Below, piece by piece: positions 63,091-64,000 of a stretch of 64,000 nucleotides of DNA. The translations under genes and the position numbers were made by a program. The stretch comes from Peribolospora baueri (taxonomy: Eukaryota), in NCBI GenBank assembly GCA_029717555.1, contig JAMDHS010000067.1:1-64000 (forward strand), given 5' to 3'. Numbering within the stretch: the stretch's first letter is position 1; each line of letters begins with the position of its first letter. Under the pieces are notes generated by a model that saw only the letters and a program-made list of their open reading frames with translations, did no database searches and was not told where the DNA came from.

Positions 63091-63512
63091 GGCACGCTTG
63101 GTCGAGAACATCTTCCTTTCACGGCTCGCTCTGGACCTGTCCTGCGCTCGGAGCTCTCCGTCGTCCTTGCCCTACCTCCTGCGTCCTCCCATGCCTCTCA
63201 TATCTGGGGCAATCAGTCCCGTCACAACCCAGCCGCCGTTCGGACGCGCGGAAGAATGGGCACGTGACACATAACCCTATTGTAGTTAATACGTGCCTGA
63301 CTCCTGAACGCTCGGGCTTGGCCCCGCAACGAAGAACGGCAACGAGGGTCGCAACATCGATCACCAGCCCTTCTTCATCGCCACCGCTCACGCCAGCAAG
63401 AAATCAAGACACCAACCACATCGACACTCATCTCCGTCCGCTCTATCCGGACGCGCGACGGCAGGAGACCGCGACGAATTTGGGTCACGCGCGCCGTCGA
63501 TCGCTACTACAA

Positions 63513-64000
63513 ATGGGAGGCGAAGAGGATGAAAAACAACGGGTGGAAGACGAGGTAGTGTGGAGCACGTCGGACTACGAAGATGACAAGCACGCCTCAC
63601 ACCTTGGAGAGGCAGCTCACACTACTGGCACCGTAGCCGCCCCAGATCAAGGCCACGGCAACGACGGTGAGGGCGACGAAAACGCGGCCGCGAGACATCG
63701 AGAGCGTGACCCATCCATGGACCCTGTCGGCACTCCACATCGCCGGAGCTACTACGAACTGCAACGCGATGTGGACGACCTTTTTGCAAAGTATGCCGCC
63801 GGATGCCGCGAATCTCGTTCCGCCGACTCTTCTTTTTCTTCACCCTCCTCGCAAGGGCCCGACTCGCCTTCGCGCCAGATCGCGCTCCGCGACGTTCCTA
63901 GCGTGCTTGCCGACTTTGAGCGTGCGAGAGAGATCATTATTCTCGAGCCTAGCGGCAAGGCCGAGCTGGATTTCTTTGCCAAGTCCAACCCGGACCTCGT
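63513..64000 (+). CDS. 5' part of a hypothetical protein running off the window
   Basis: Open frame MGGEEDEKQRVEDE...YELQRDVDDLFAKY...IALRDVPSVLADFERAREIIILEPSGKAELDFFAKSNPDL with no stop to the window end; start uncertain. Confidence 0.55.
   Translation, partial: MGGEEDEKQRVEDEVVWSTSDYEDDKHASHLGEAAHTTGTVAAPDQGHGNDGEGDENAAARHRERDPSMDPVGTPHRRSYYELQRDVDDLFAKYAAGCRESRSADSSFSSPSSQGPDSPSRQIALRDVPSVLADFERAREIIILEPSGKAELDFFAKSNPDL

Noticed and set aside
1..64000. Hundreds of short overlapping or antisense ORFs in the track
   Set aside because: Expected shadow frames in GC-rich, intron-rich DNA; no domain motifs seen.

Overview
Intron-rich, GC-rich eukaryotic DNA, most likely from a basidiomycete fungus (GT-AG introns with CTRAC-like branch points; basidiomycete-type rRNA remnants). 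The left half (1-32.2 kb) holds ordinary-looking genes: a very divergent Ste12-domain protein, a split-MYND protein, a 1,831-aa CRIB/PAK-like kinase with non-canonical catalytic motifs, RFT1, an intradiol dioxygenase, a secreted K/V/P/E-rich repeat protein built from phase-0 exons, and eEF1B-gamma hosting an snR38-type snoRNA. The right half is a mosaic. A ~28.7-kb block carries a hypothetical gene, an inversion-scrambled MULE transposase with Ulp1-like domains, and an AKR / peroxisomal acyl-CoA synthetase / SDR / MFS / ABCC gene group. This block sits between two overlapping, colinear GABA-transaminase pseudogene fragments that share a 104-bp direct repeat. The right fragment abuts an orphan rDNA piece (LSU 3' end, spacer, internally deleted 5S gene). 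All gene models were built by eye, so exon edges and family calls are unverified.
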